NCBI RefSeq assembly: GCF_009914755.1
Contig: NC_060942.1
Source: the human T2T-CHM13v2.0 reference genome, Homo sapiens
Length of the DNA stretch: 64,000 nucleotides
Strand: one strand, 5' to 3'
Below are positions 14,022-31,228 of the stretch, in pieces. Every line of letters begins with the position of its first letter. Position 1 is the stretch's first letter. Position numbers and translations under genes: made by a program. The notes below the pieces were generated by a model that had not been told where the DNA came from, searched no databases, and saw nothing but the letters and a program-made list of their open reading frames with translations.

Positions 14022-16347
14022 CCGGCAACGGCTACTGCTGCAGTTCCAAACCACGGCAATAAAGTGAGTATCACAATAAAGCAAGTCACATGCATCATTC
14101 TGGTTTCCTGGTGCTTTATAAAATTATGTTTACACTATACTGTAGTCTTATTAACTGTGAAATACCATTATGTCTTAAAAAATGCACATGCCTTAATTGA
14201 AAACTAATTTATTGCTAAAAAATGACGACCGTCTGCCCCTTCAGTGAGTCCAAATCTCTTGCTGCTGGAGGGTCTTACCTCAGTGCTGACAGCTGCTGAC
14301 TGATCAGGGTGGTGGCAGCTGACGGCTGGGGTGGCTGTGGCAATTTTTAAAAATAGGACAGCAGCGAACTTTATCGTGTTGATCAACTCTTGCTTTCACG
14401 AGAGTGTGATGCCGATGGACAGCGTTTTACCCACAGCAGAGCTTTGTTCAGAATCAGTTAATCTGCTCACACCCTGCCGCTGCTTTATCAACTCGTTTAC
14501 GGAATATTCTAAATTCTTTGTTTCATTTCAACAATCTTCACCGTGTCTTCATCAGGAGCAGATTTCATCTCAAGAAACCACTTTCTTTGCTCGTCCAGAA
14601 GCAGCAGCCCCTCGTCCGTCCAAGTTTCATCCTGAGATTGCAGCAGTTCAGTCCCATCTTCAGGCCCCGTCTAATCGTCTAATTCTAGTTCTCTTGCTAT
14701 TTCCACCACGTCTGAAGTTATTTCCCCCACTAAAGCCTCAAACTCCCCAAAGTTATCCCTGAGGGCTGGAATCAACTTCTTCTAAACCCCTGTTAATGTT
14801 GATATTTTGACGTCCTCCCATAAATCATGAATGTTCCTAATGGCATGTAAAATGATGAATTCCTTTCAGAAGGTTTTCAATTGACTTTGCCTAGATTCAT
14901 CAGAGGAATAAACTATAGCCTTAGAAAACGTATTTCTGAAATAATAAGACTTGAAAGTCAGAATCATTCTGGATCCTTGGGCTGCGGGGTGGATGTGGTG
15001 TCAGCAGCATGAAAACAACATTCCTCTCCTGTACGTCTCCATCAGAGCTCTTGGGTGACCATGAGCAGGAATTTTTCTGAAAAGAATCTCTCTTTCTGAG
15101 CAACAGGTCTCAAGAGTGGACTTAGAACATGCGGTAAGCCATGCTGTGGACAGAGGTGCTGTCATCCAGGCTTCGTTGTTCCGCGGATGGAGCACAGGCA
15201 GAGGAGATTTAGCATCATTCTTAAGGGCCCTGGGATTTTCAGAATGGCAAATGAGCACTGGCTTCAACATTAGCCCCTAGCAAGGGGGTCAGCCTGTCCT
15301 TTGAAGCTTTGAAGCCAGGCGCTGACTTCTCCTCTCCACCTATGAAAGTCCTAGACGGCATCTTCTTCCGATAGAAGGCTGTTTATCTGCATGTAAAATC
15401 TGTTGTTTAGTGCAGCCTCCTTCATCAGTGGTCTCAGCTGGGTCTTCTGGGGAACTTGCTGCAGCTTCTCCACCAGCAGCTGAGGCTTCACCTTCACTTT
15501 TATGTTACAGAAACGGCTTCTTTCCTTCAACCTCATGAATGAACTTCTGCTGGTTTCCAACCTTTCTTCTTTCTGAAGAAAGTGGAGAGAGGCAGCTTCC
15601 TCGCCTCTCCAGCCTTCATGGAGTTGAAGGGAGTTAAGGCCTCCATCTAGATGAGGCTGTGGCTTCAGGGAGTATCACGGCTGGTTTGATGTTCTATCTA
15701 AACCACTGAAATTTTCTCTGTATTAGCAATAAGGCTGTTTTACTTTCTTATCGTTTGTGTTCACTGGAGTCGCACTTTTAATCTCCTTCAAGAACTTGTC
15801 CTTTGCATTCACAATTAGGCTAACCATTTGGTGTAAGAAGCCTAGCTTTTGGCCTATCTCGGCTTCTGATGTGCCTTCCTCACCAAGCTTAATCATTTCT
15901 AGCTTTTGATTTAAAGTGAGGTACCTGGAACTCTTCCTTTCAGTGAAATGTGTAGAGGACATTGTAAGGTTATTAACTGGCCAGATTTTAATATTGTTCT
16001 GTCTGAAGGAATAGGGAGGCTGAGGACAGGAGAGAGACGGGAACGCCGGGTCAGGGGAGCTGTCAGAACACAATTAATTTTGGTGTCTCACGTGGGCAGT
16101 TACGGTGCTCCAAAACAATTGCAGTAGTAACATCAAAGATCACTGATGACAGATCACCATAGGTGATAAAAATGAAAAAGTTTGGACTGTGAGGATTACC
16201 AAAATGTGACACAGAGACACGAAGTGGGCAGGAGCTGTTGGGAAAACGGTGCCAACCGACTTGTTCAAGGCAGAGTTGCCACAAATTCAATTTGTGCAAA
16301 ATGCAGTATCTTTGAGCACAATAAAGTCAAATGCAATAAGATGCCTG
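14022..16347 (-). mobile_element. Near full-length decayed Tigger1 (TcMar/pogo DNA transposon), copy A
   Basis: TIR-like end CAGGCAT at 16347 on the minus strand. Fragmented transposase peptides: [12 protein letters not shown] (CENP-B-type HTH) and [16 protein letters not shown]...WMTA (DDE_1 region). Frameshifted. Confidence 0.92.
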
Positions 16348-16948
16348 TGTATGGCAACCAGTTTGAGAACTATTTCACGGCGCACTGGTAACTGACTGTA
16401 CTTAGAAGCTGCCGGTTTTGACAGAGCTCACCTGTGAAGTGGTGATGGCTGCCTCGCCGGGGCCCAGGACCTGGGCGTGGCCGGGAGCTCCCTCCGGGGG
16501 TCTTTCTTGGGCTCCAGGACCTGCAGAGTGTAAGCTGCAGTTCGGTGGACAAGCATGGCCAGGACAGATTGTGCTCCTGGGGACTGGGCGCCTTCCCCTA
16601 GAAAATCAGTGATGTAGGAAACAGCTGTATTAGTTGTGAGTGACCTCAGCGAGCGTGGTTCTCAGCAGTCCTGTGAGAGGCAATGCTACCCTCCCATTTA
16701 TATTTTTAAAAAGAATAACCTGGTGGGGCTTTTAAGCTTTTGGGATAAAATAAAACAGGAAAAGAAACAGCTTTTCTTGATAAGACCGATACATACCCCA
16801 GGTCTTCCTCCCTGAAAGTGTGACCATTGTTGAGAGGTTGAAAGAGAATGGCCTGCACCACATCCGATGACCGTTCAGCTTCCCTCCTTCCTCTAAAAGC
16901 TTCCACGGCATTTGGCGAGACTCCTCCACGTGCTATCCCGTCCTTTCA

Positions 16949-17274
<326 letters not shown>

Positions 17275-18717
17275 CTCAAAAACCTAGTTGTAAAATGTAA
17301 ATTTGAAGGCACCTGTAGTATTGTAACATAGACTGTTTCTCACAGGTTAATTTTGGTGGAGGCATAAAAGTCATTAGAATCAAAATGAAGGCACTTGTGT
17401 TAGAAAAACAAACAAACAAAAAGCCCCCACGAATGGAGCCAGTGAACGCCGTGAAGGGAGTGTTCCCACATCCATCGAATAACAAAAAATATGATAGAAG
17501 ACGCTGCAAAACCCAAAACCTTGCACAAAGACCAGCACAACCTTACACAAAAAATACTTCTGCAAGGATGTCTGCCCAGCACCTGCCTGTCCAACCTTGG
17601 ACTGGCATCACCCTTGCTATTGATCTTTGTAGCCCGGAATAATTCTTTCAAACTAATTCTGTCATCCTCCGAATTTTCCCTTTAGAACCCTTTGTCTTCC
17701 TTTACCCGAATATGCACGTAATTTACTGTGGCATGTGTATTCCCATTTCAATGTTCTATTCTTGAATAAGTTACTTCTTCTTTGAGTGAGCCTCTCTCTG
17801 TTACTTCGACTGATACATATGGTGTCAGAAATGGGACTAGGAAAATATCACCATCGGAAGAAATCATTTTTACTCCCATTTTTTGGAGCCATTGTGCAGT
17901 ATTTACTCCAGCTGTTTGAGTTCTTCATTTCCACAGCTTGATTTTTCACCCTGGCGAGTCCTTTCTCAGGCTGAGCCTTTCTCTTTGTGCTGGAGGCTTT
18001 TTGATGCTACTCAGAATGTGACTTGGATGAGGCTGCCTTGATAAAGGACCACACATCCAGCCCGAGATGATAAACAGCCTTTTTGTCTTTTCTGCTAAGT
18101 CCTTTCTGGTACAAAGGCATAAATCTTTCTGGGTTGAATGCTCTGATTTGTACAGAATTAACATTCTCTCTGTAAGGCATGTGTTTACTTGTGAATTCAC
18201 TTTTGATCTGCATGCCTGGTTTAACATTTTGTTCTATGTGGACACCTAGGTTAAAATTTTTGTGAACACTCTTACCTTGGTTCCTTTTGACTTGATTTGA
18301 GTCTTTCCCCTTGATGGTTTTTAAAAATCTTCTGAGAACAAAAATAAACATTCTAAATGGTGAGTGCAGAATTGCTAACTAAAGGCCATCAGGGCAGCCA
18401 CCGCCATCTCAAACATGGTCTAAACTCCTGACATTCCCTGGCTGGATTTGCAGATTTTCTTTGCTCTCAAGAGATTAATAAGAATTGAATGAGATTCTAA
18501 CACATTAAGGTATGCCTGGTGTGCTGGGATTCCAGCCAGTTACATATTGTGGCCCATTCTCATGCACATTTTTTAAGTGATTGGCAAAATGACACCAAGG
18601 AAAATTCAGAGCTCAATGGCCATTATTTGAACTCTCTAAAAAAGCAACCCTCTCAAAAAAACAACCTTGGGGCAATAGAGTTAACATGGAGTCTTCTAAG
18701 GTCTGTATCTCTCCCCC

Positions 18718-18755
<38 letters not shown>

Positions 18756-19384
18756 CTATTTTGAATTTTCTGACTCTTCTGCTGGGTTGAGATGAAACTC
18801 ACTGCTTATGGCATTCTAGCCAAGATTTTTTTCAAAGTCTTAAAGGGCTTTCAAATTAACGGCTTTAGAAATTCCGACAGCTCCATGGTAACCAACAACC
18901 TAGACACCTTTTAGAGACATCAATTTAGGTTTGACTGACTAACAATTGCTTATGGTGATGGAGCACTAAATTGAAAAATTAATAATCTAAAAGAAAAGGA
19001 ACTACATATTCATAAATGTTTATAAAAGTTAGGCTCTCAGATTACAGAGGTCAAAAGCTGGAGCACAGAGCAATAATGTAAGGTATCTCTGTCCAGCATA
19101 AAAATTGTATTACTTTTTCTGCCATGCAGAGTCCAAAAAGAAAAAGCCAAAAACAAAATAAAACCAAAACCCTGCTGCAATGCTTCCTGCCCACATCTCT
19201 AACCAAGCAAACAAGACCAGCAACCAAAAGACATTTGCTGCTAGTTCAAGTCTTCTTGGAGATTCTTATACAATGCAGTCAATCCTAGCTAAAATGTTTT
19301 TTTTCTTTTATAGATAGATATAGATCTAGATACACATACAGATACAGATATATAGATAGATATAGATATAGATATAGATATATA

Positions 19385-19681
<297 letters not shown>

Positions 19682-19899
19682 CACCTAGCTAAAATGTAAA
19701 CAGTTGAAAATTTAGCCCTAACCTCATTTGAAAATGAAAAAAAAAAAAAAAAGAAAGAAGTGGGTGGGGGTAGAAATGGCGTTTTTCATTTTTATTTTTA
19801 AACTGCATGGAAACTGTTTACCCAAAATTTTGGTCCAGAGCCTTCATTAGATTTCCTACCAGGGTAAGTAGCACAAAACCAAAAATCTTGGTCCCCTAT

Positions 19900-20382
19900 T
19901 GTATTAGTCCATTCTCGCACTGCTATAAAGATACTACCTGAGACTGGGTAATTTGTAAAGAAATAAGGTTTAAGTGACTCACAGTTCCTCATGGCTGGAG
20001 AGGCCTCAGGAAACTTACAGTCATGGCAGAGGGGAAGAGGCATGTCTTACATGGTGGCAGGTGAGAGAGAGAAGCAAGAGCAGGGAAACTGCCTGATAAA
20101 ACCATCAGAGCTCCTGAGAATGCACTCACTATCACAAGAATAGCACGGGGAAAACTGCCTCCATGATCCAACCACCTCCCACCGGGTTCTTCCCTCAACA
20201 TGTGGGATTATAGGGATTATAATTGGAGTAGAGATTTGGGTGGGGACACAGAGCCAAACCATATCACCTAGGGATTACAACTGGAGTGGAGATTTGGGTG
20301 GGGACACAAAGCCAAACCATATCACCTAGGGATTACAAATGGAGTGGAGATTTGGGTGGGGACACAGAGCCAAACCATATCA
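19900..20382 (-). mobile_element. THE1/MSTA-type MaLR solo LTR nested in the ERV, with a triplicated 5' end
   Basis: TGTATTAGTCCATT...CCAAACCATATCA termini. 5-bp TSD CCTAT at 19895-19899 and 20383-20387. Confidence 0.88.
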
Positions 20383-20474
20383 CCTATGTTAGAACAAGGT
20401 TTTCTTAAAGTATTGATTTGCCCTTAGGAAAATTGCAAGAGGTTTTGATGTTTAATCCTGAAATGTTTCTTTTT

Positions 20475-20607
20475 TTCCCATTTTTTGTAGAGATGGGGGG
20501 GTCTTCCTATGTTGCCCAGGCTAGTCTCGAACTCCTGGGCTCAAGCAATCCTCCTGCCTTGGCCTCCCAGAGTGCTGGGATTACAGGCATGAGCCACTGG
20601 CCTGGCC
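20475..20607 (-). mobile_element. FLAM / Alu monomer
   Basis: Single antisense left-arm-like monomer. Confidence 0.85.
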
Positions 20608-21061
20608 GGCTTTTCCTGATGTGTCTGGATTATTCTGTGTAACCAAGAAAATTCCTGTGCTGTTACTAAGAGTCATGTAATTCCCTGCTCCAGGCACTCC
20701 TTTGCTTGTTTACAGTCCTCTATGATAAAGTGAACACTCATAACCCTGGACGCACTCTTCCTGTGTCTAATTAAATTCAAGTACCCTTTTCTTCAGGTTT
20801 GACTTCTGGGTTATCTAAGGAGAAGCAATCATACAGCAGGAGGTTCTTCTTTACTTTTTGTAACTAGCCTAAACACAAGACATTTTTACATTTTATCAAG
20901 TTAGATTTGTTTTTTTATTAAGTTTTTGATTACTCAAGCGGAAAACTGAGCTTTAAATGGGTTAAGGCTTTTACATTCATGTAACTTTCCATATTTGCTT
21001 TTGAAGTATTTTAACTATCACTCTGCTTAAATGAATGATTAATATTTTACATGACTTGTAA

Positions 21062-21518
<457 letters not shown>

Positions 21519-21835
21519 TGAGACATTAAATAATCAGGCTTATTTGGTAAATTGTAGGGAAGCATTGTCAAATTATAAGTGATACTAGATCTTCTTTCAG
21601 ATACATTTATCGGTATGTTGTTGATATGTTTCAAAAATTATGTAAACTCATAGAAATCTAATATGTTATCTGTCATAATTTTCGTTGTTATATTACATTT
21701 TTTCTGAAGCTATATTTGTATGACTATGTTATTAATGCATTCTAAAGATGATGTGAAATTTATAAGTTTCATGGTCCTGGTATCAGTCCAGCTGTCAGTC
21801 ATGATTCCGGTTGTTATCTTAAAATGCCATATGTT

Positions 21836-22244
<409 letters not shown>

Positions 22245-23434
22245 TTATTCCCTAAAAGTATTTGCAATCAACTACAGTCCCAAATTGCCTTTCATAAAAA
22301 GACTTGCAAGAACTCTTGGACACAGATTTCTGATAACTTTAAGATCATGAACGGAAAAAGAATTTCCAGAACTCTGATGAAGAAACTGACGGGTCCATGA
22401 CACTGCTAACCAAGATCAAGCAAAACAAAATACTAATTATATGAAATTTAAAAATTAACACGTTTTAATGACTTTTATTTGAAACATTGTAAGTTCTTTA
22501 CCTACATGTTTTATTTTCCAGATTTAAGAAAATTGTCTCTCAAAAGCTGTCTATAGTTTACAACAATTTGGTATAGTTTAGTGAACAAAGGTGGAGGCAT
22601 TTGATTTTACTGTTTACTTGATTGTTCCAAAATTTGGAAACTATTCATGTATAGTCCTAGTTTTAAGTACAATATAATTATTTATATAAGTTCAACAAAA
22701 ATCTATTCTCTCTTTACAGCAGGATACAATTGGAAACATTGATTATAGTACAGAGGTTTTGACTGAATATCATATTTGAAGGTATCCATAGAAAGCCTGG
22801 TTTTAAGACTTTCCAGCCTTACAATCAGTAAATAAAAATTGTAATTTCCTGGCAGGCCCAGGAACATTCAGGTTGTAAGTACAATCGAAGATCTGCCCAG
22901 GTTTGGCTTTCTAGCCTCAAAAGGTTTTTAAATCTGATAACCTACGTCATCAGTGTAGGGAGAAAAAGTTATGTTTCTAAAGAAAAACTATCATACCCTT
23001 GTTATTAGACTGTAGCTCTGAGCCTTGTTTTCGAGTTCTTGTTATCTACCTGTAGAATGGGCTAGATCCTGAATTCTCCTAATTTTCTTCATTGTTTGGT
23101 TATAATTCTCCAACTAAAAACTAAAACTGCTTCTCTTCTAAAGCCCTGTAAGATGAACCTAAACACATTTTAAGAAACAAGCCTCATGCCTGATGTATGG
23201 TCCACACATAAGGTTCACCAAACTGCTTGATGCCACAACCAGAGATATTCAAGCTGCAAACTGGGAGGAAAAGTTGATGTTTTCATGTTGTAAACAGTTT
23301 TCCCTGGACATTGGAACAAGACTCCATATCATAAGGAGACTCTAACTCAACTCCTCTTAATGTCTATCCTTTTCACTTGACAGGATAATAATGAAATTGA
23401 AATTTCACAATCAGTAGCTTCTGCTGGTAACTTA

Positions 23435-23761
<327 letters not shown>

Positions 23762-24052
23762 TCATTGGTTAAATAAGAAAATGCCTGTGCATTTCTTATT
23801 GTGGTACCTGGATAAATTCCTCTGGGAAAGTTGAGACCCATATACACAAAAGAAGAAAACAGGCCACATCATTCAAGTCTTACCTAATTCCCTATGGTCA
23901 TTGATTCATTCGTCTTTAAGCCTACCAAGTTCATGGATGCAAACTGGGATTGTCACATTACTATTAATTTTACTTTTTATTTCCCCTTTTTAAACTTTGT
24001 ATCTGTTACTTGTCATTTTTTTTCCATCTAGGATACATAGGAATAAAGATAA

Positions 24053-24172
24053 TTTTTTTGAGATAGGATATTGCTATGTTGTCCAGGCTGGCCTTGAACT
24101 CCTGGACTCAAACAGTCTTCCCACCTCAGGCTCCTGAGTAGCTGGGACTATAGGCATGAGCCACCATGCCTG
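24053..24172 (-). mobile_element. FLAM / Alu monomer
   Basis: Single antisense monomer. Confidence 0.82.
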
Positions 24173-25953
24173 GTTACTTGTTAACTGATCTGCAGAAGTA
24201 CAACTCCTAATAACATAATGCTGGCCCAGCACTTTCAGATGATAGCAAAAGATCATGGAAAAGACAAAACTGCACTTAACAATGCACTCCAGGTAGACTT
24301 ATCCAGGGAGCCACTCCCTTCAAACCTCCCTTGCTGCTCAGATGTGGCTAAAAGGGTTTTGACACTGGATCCTAGTCACCAATCATTCCCCTCAAAGTGG
24401 GGTGAGACCACCAACGATGACAGGTCCATCCCAGCACGGAGAGGCATCAAAACGCAACCACAGGTTGATTGATCAGTGAGGCTTTTAAAGAAAGATCTTG
24501 ATCAGAAGAGGAAATGTGAAAATTGTCAGAGTCAAAAAAGGGTCACTAGTGTTAAAGAAAAAAAAGTCAGAAAAGATTCACTAGTTTAAAGAAAAACAAA
24601 CAAGCAAACAAACAAAAACTCCTGACAAATAGAGTCAGGGAAGGCCTTGAAGAGAGGGTTCTCATGCTTGTATATTGATAACAAAAATGATGACAAAACC
24701 CAAAACCTTGCACCAAGGCTATCACAACCTTACACAAAAGGTGCTTTGGCAAGAACACCTGCCCAGCAATTGCCTGTCCAGCCCCAGACTGGATCGTCCT
24801 TGTTACCGATCTCTGTACTGAGGACAATTATCTCAGAATAATTATGTGATTCCTTCCCTGTCTGAATATGCAGCGTTTACTGTGGAACGCATATTCCCAT
24901 TGCAGTGCTCTATCTTTAGGTTGACAGAAGCATTAGGTTTTCTCATCTGTGCCTCATCTAGTGAGCTTTGAGGTTCAACAAACATTTTTGCATCATGATA
25001 CTGTGCTCTCACAGTAGGCATCAACTTATGGGAGGGTCACCCAAAACTTCTTCAGTGAGAAATGTGGTTTACATTTTGTATCAGTTTTGTAGAGATATAG
25101 TTTACAAATCATCAAATTTAAAGCATGCAATTCAATTGTTTTAATACATGTCCTGGGTTATGGAATCGTCACCGTAATCCAGTCTCAGAATATTTTAATC
25201 TCCCCCCAAAGAAACCCCGTACCCTTAGCAGTCACCCCTCGTTTCCCATGCACCTGCTAACTCCCTCAGCCCTGAGCAAGTGCTGGTCTATATTTTGTCC
25301 CTATAGACCTGCCTCTTCTGGACACTTCATATAAATATAATCGTACAGTATGTGGTCTTTTGTGCCTGGCTTATTTCACTTAGCATGATGTTTGCAAGGT
25401 TCATCCATGTTGTACCATGTATCCGAACTTCATTTTTTATGGCCAAATAATATTCCATTTCATGGACATACCAATTTTGTTTATCCATTAATCATTTGGT
25501 GAACGTTTAGGTCATTTCCACCTTTTAGCTATTGCGAAAAGTGCCGCTATGAATATTTAGGTACAAGTTTTCATATGGACATATATTTTCAATTCTCCTG
25601 GGCATACACTTAGGAATTCTGGGTCATAAGACAACTTGATGTTTAACATTTTGAGGCCAAATGTTGTCCAAGGTTGCTGCACCATTTTACATTCCTGCTG
25701 GCAACTTATGAGGGTCCCAATTTCTCCACAGAATCACCTGTTATTTTTATTTTAATACACTTTATTTTTTGGAGTATTTTTAGGTTTAGGGAAAAAATGC
25801 ACAGAGAGTACAAAGAATTCCCACATACTCTTCCATCCCCTCACCCCCAGTTTCTGCAATTGTTAACATCTTGCATTAGTGTGGTCCATTTGTTACAGGA
25901 TGACCCAATATAATCACATTACTATTTTTATCGTTTTTATTATTATAGCCATC

Positions 25954-26391
25954 TGTCTTAGTCCATTTTGCTTTGCTATAACAGAATATCAGAGACTGGG
26001 GAATTTATAAATAAAAGAAATGTATTTGACCCAGGATTCTGGAGGTGGAAAAATCCAAGATCCAGGGGCCACAACTGCTGAGGGTCCAACAGTGTGTGTG
26101 AGAACAAGAGCAAGAGGCTGAGGGTCCAACAGTGTGTGTGAAAACAAGAGCAAGAGGCTGAGGGTCCAACAGTGTGTGTGAAAACAAGAGCAAGAGAAGG
26201 CCAAGCTCCCTTTCATCAGGAACTCAAGTCCGTAATCACGAACCCACTCCTTTGATAACAGCATCAGCCATTCACGAAGGCAGGGCTGTCACAGCCTAAT
26301 CACCTCTTATAGGCCACACCTCTCAACACAGTTGTACTGGGGATCAGGTTTCCAACACATGAACTTTGTGGGACACACTCAAGCCATAGCA
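25954..26391 (-). mobile_element. MST/MLT1A-type MaLR solo LTR with an internal 40-bp x3 repeat (26077-26197)
   Basis: TGTCTTAGTCC...CCATAGCA termini. Perfect TSD CCATC on both sides. Confidence 0.85.
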
Positions 26392-26449
26392 CCATCCTGA
26401 CAGGTATGAGGTGGTTTCTCATTGTGGTTTTGATTTGCAGATCCCTGAC

Positions 26450-26809
26450 TGATATGGTTTGGCTGTGTCCCCACCCAAATCTCACCTTGAATTGTAGCTC
26501 CCATAATTCCCACGTCATGGGAGGGACCCGGTGGGAGGTAACTGAATCATGGGGGTGGGAATTCCGTGTGCTGTTCTCAGGATAGTGAATAAGTCTCACA
26601 AGATCTGATGGTTTGATAAAGGGCAGTTCCCCTGCATACGTTCTCTTGCCCGCCGCCATGTAAGTCGTGACTTTGCTCCTCCTTTGCCTTCTGCCATGAT
26701 TGTGAGGCCTCCCCAGCCCTGTGGAACTGAGTCAATTAAACCTCTTTCCTTTATAAATTACGCAGTCTCAGGTATGTATTCATTAGCAGCATGAGAACAG
26801 ACTAATACA
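26450..26809 (+). mobile_element. THE1 solo LTR
   Basis: TGATATGGTTTGGCTGTGTCCCCACCCAAATCTC...CAGACTAATACA. TSD CTGAC/TTGAC. Confidence 0.92.
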
Positions 26810-27419
26810 TTGACCTTTAAAGACACTGAACATCTTGTCATGTGTTCACTGGTCATTTACATATTGTCAGCACCATTTGTTGAAAACACTTTTCTTTTGC
26901 CCAATAAGATGTCTTCACATCCTTGAAAATCAGTTGACCATAAATATGAGGGTTTACTTCTGGACTCTAAATTCTATTTAGACTGGAATTCTATTCCACT
27001 GATCTACATTTCTATCCTGATGTCAGTACCACATTGTCTTGATTACTGCAGCTTTGTAGGGAATTCTGAGTACTCTAAATAATTTTTCAAGATTCTTTCT
27101 GCTATCCTGGGTCCCTTTCATTTTTATGAATTTTAGGATCAGCTTGTCAACTTCTGCATAAAAGTCAGCTGGGATTTTGAAAAGGATTGTATTGACTCTA
27201 TAGATCGATTTGGGAAATATTTCCTTCTTAACAATATTAAGTCTTCTGATCCATAAACATGAGATATCTTTCAATCTATTTAAATCTTCTTTATTTTCTT
27301 TCAACAATGCTTTGCAGTTTTCAGTGTTCACATCTTGAACTTCTTAAGTCTATTCCTGAGTATTTTATTCTTTTTGGTGCTATTATAAACGGAATTGTTT
27401 GCTTATTTTGGCTTTCTCA

Positions 27420-27938
<519 letters not shown>

Positions 27939-28784
27939 CATAGGCTTTTTTTACATAAAAGATTAAGCCATCTTCAACAATCTCTAGAGATTGTTTTATA
28001 CCTTTCTTTTGAATTGGATGCTTTTTTTCTTGACTAACTGCCCTGGCTAGAGCCTTCTGTACACAATTACCTAGAAGGGGCAAGCCGCTCTTGTTTTATT
28101 CCTGATTTTAGGCGAAGGCCTCCCATCTTCAAGCATTGAGTCTGATGTCAGCTACAGGTTTTTTGTAGAGGCTGTTTATCAAGCTAAAGAAATTTCCTTC
28201 CATTCCTCGTATGTTGAGACTGAAATTCAGCAGACAGCTGGCACACTGACTGAAGTTCAAAGCTCGGAACCTGAACGTGAGCCTGAGTGAGGCAGCTCCC
28301 TGAGGGGGCAGAACTGTTGCCTTATGTGACAGCTAGTGGGTATGGAGGAATGAAAGGAGCCTCCACTCCTTGCTGCCCTGATCTGGCTCCTGACATTTTC
28401 CTTCAAATGGCATCAGGACCAGGGGCCAGCTGGGCTCTGTGAAACGCAGGAAGCAGGGAGCTGCGTCCACCCGCCAGCCTGCCCTCACCTCCCTAGAGCC
28501 TTGCCTTCTCTGTACTGCACACTTAGGCACGGTGAGCCCAGCCCAAGGCATCATTCTCACCTGCCCCTGAAGTCAGACCAGTCTAGCGGCCTCCGTCCCC
28601 TTCCTGCCAGTCCTCTTGTAAGGAGGGCAAAAATAAAACACCAAACAAAACATCAACTATATTCTGTATTTCCTACATTATTCAGATAAATTGTATTTAT
28701 CGAAAAAGCTGTCCCGTTTCGTTTTGACGGCCCTGGAGTACGGCCCCTTCATCAGCTGAGATCACAAAGACGTCTAGCGGAGGT

Positions 28785-28990
28785 AACGGGAGCAGGGTCT
28801 GCAGTCAGCCACCTGGCTTCCAGATGCCAGTCCTGCCCGCTCCTGGCTGTGCAGCTGAGCACCCAAACCTCCGCAGGCCTCGCTTTCCTCTCTTATCTGT
28901 AAGCTGGAAACCGTAGCTACCTCAGTGAGTCATGGTGCAGATGAAATGAGACCAGGCTCTGCAATGCACTTGGTACAGCAGCTGGCAAAG
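28785..28990 (+). mobile_element. MIR
   Basis: Core-like GCCTCGCTTTCCTC...ATCTGTAAGCTGG...CTACCTCA...GATGAAATGAGA. Confidence 0.6.
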
Positions 28991-29525
28991 TGTCATCTGC
29001 CCCCGACAATAAGCACCATCCTTGCCTCTGCAGAGATGCTTAGCAAGGTAAGTGGGTTCTCAGTGTTAAGATTCACAGTGTAACCAACATCTAAAGCTGT
29101 TCATGATTTTGGCCTGAATGGGAAGTTAGGAAGAACTCACAAAGAAATCACAAAGGAAAGTAAAAAAAGGAAAAAAGAAAGTCATCAAGGGGAGTAAAAA
29201 CTGGTTAACATTTCATTTTCTTTTCTTTTTTGGCCTAGAGATTATTAACTTTTAGAAACAGGTGTCACAGGCAATGGTCTTTAAAGAGCATCTAAATAGA
29301 CCTGGAATTTGCTTTTTTAAATGTACTTAATTCCCATTACCTCTGTGCTTCTCAAGCAATTCTGGTTCACATTATGAAATGAGTACATTCTCAGATTATT
29401 TAGTTCAGAAATCGGAATATTTATTCTATTATGCCACAAATTAAGCAGAACTCTGCAAAGTGATCTCTAAAAATAAGTCTGAAAAATAATCATCTAATTC
29501 CAGTAGAGGCCTCTCACACTTTTTA

Positions 29526-29835
<310 letters not shown>

Positions 29836-30065
29836 TACATTTTAATTGTGGTTAAAAAATACATAAAATTTACCATATTAACTGTTTTTAAGTGTACACT
29901 TTAGTAGCATTGTTTATTCATATTGGTCTGAATTTTTTTTATCTTGCAAAACTAAAACTCTGTACCCATCAAACAACTGCCCACCCTGCCCCCAGCCCTG
30001 GTAACTACCATTTTGTTTTCTGTTTCTATAAATTTGACTTTAGGCATCTCACAGAAGGGGAATAA

Positions 30066-30535
<470 letters not shown>

Positions 30536-30918
30536 TTCATTCCTTTTTAAGGCTTAATAATATCCCATCTCACAGGCCACCTGGCTTGTCCATTCATCTG
30601 TTGATTGACGCTATGTTGTTTCTGCCTCTTGGCTACTGTGAACAGTGCAGCTGTGAACATGGTGTGCAAGTGGCTCTTTAGACTTTGCTTTCAATTCTTT
30701 GGGTAAATACGTACAGGTGGGATTCCTGGATCACATGCTAACTCTGAGGAAAACCTCCATGCTGTTTTCATCACAGCCATCCTAACTCCATGCTGTTTTT
30801 CATCATAGCCATCCTCATGAGTATGGAGTGATCATCTCATTGTGACTGTGGTTCGCATTTCTCTAATGGTCAGTGATTTTGAGCATCTTTTCATGTGCCT
30901 ACTGGTCATCTGTAAATA

Positions 30919-31228
30919 CGACTGTCCCTTGGTATCTGTGGGGGACTGGTTCCAGAACCTCCCACGGACCAAAATCTAAGGATGTTGGGAGTATTTGCCT
31001 GTAACCTATGCACACCCTCCTGCATCCTTTAAATCGTCACTAGATTACTTATAATAGCTAATGCAAAGTAAATGCTATGTAAATAGTTGTTACACTATAT
31101 TGTTTAGAGAACAATGAGAAGGAAAGTCTGTACATGTTCAGCATGGGCACATTTTTTTAATAAAAATATTTTCAATCCCTGGCTGGTTACATCCAGGGAT
31201 GCAAAACCCATCGATAGAGTGCTGACTG
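30919..31228. mobile_element. MER2 (non-autonomous Tigger-family element)
   Basis: TA-flanked. Ends CGACTGTCCCTTGGTATCTG and GAGTGCTGACTG. Confidence 0.8.

Noticed and set aside
15001-16073. Possible domesticated Tigger transposase (TIGD1-like gene)
   Set aside because: Both Tigger1 copies have many frameshifts and stops; only short fragments remain.
17820-17837. tRNA-like sequence
   Set aside because: Only an 18-nt retroviral primer-binding site, not a tRNA gene.
27023-27331. 102-aa ORF with reverse-transcriptase-element similarity
   Set aside because: Fragment of a dead L1 ORF2.
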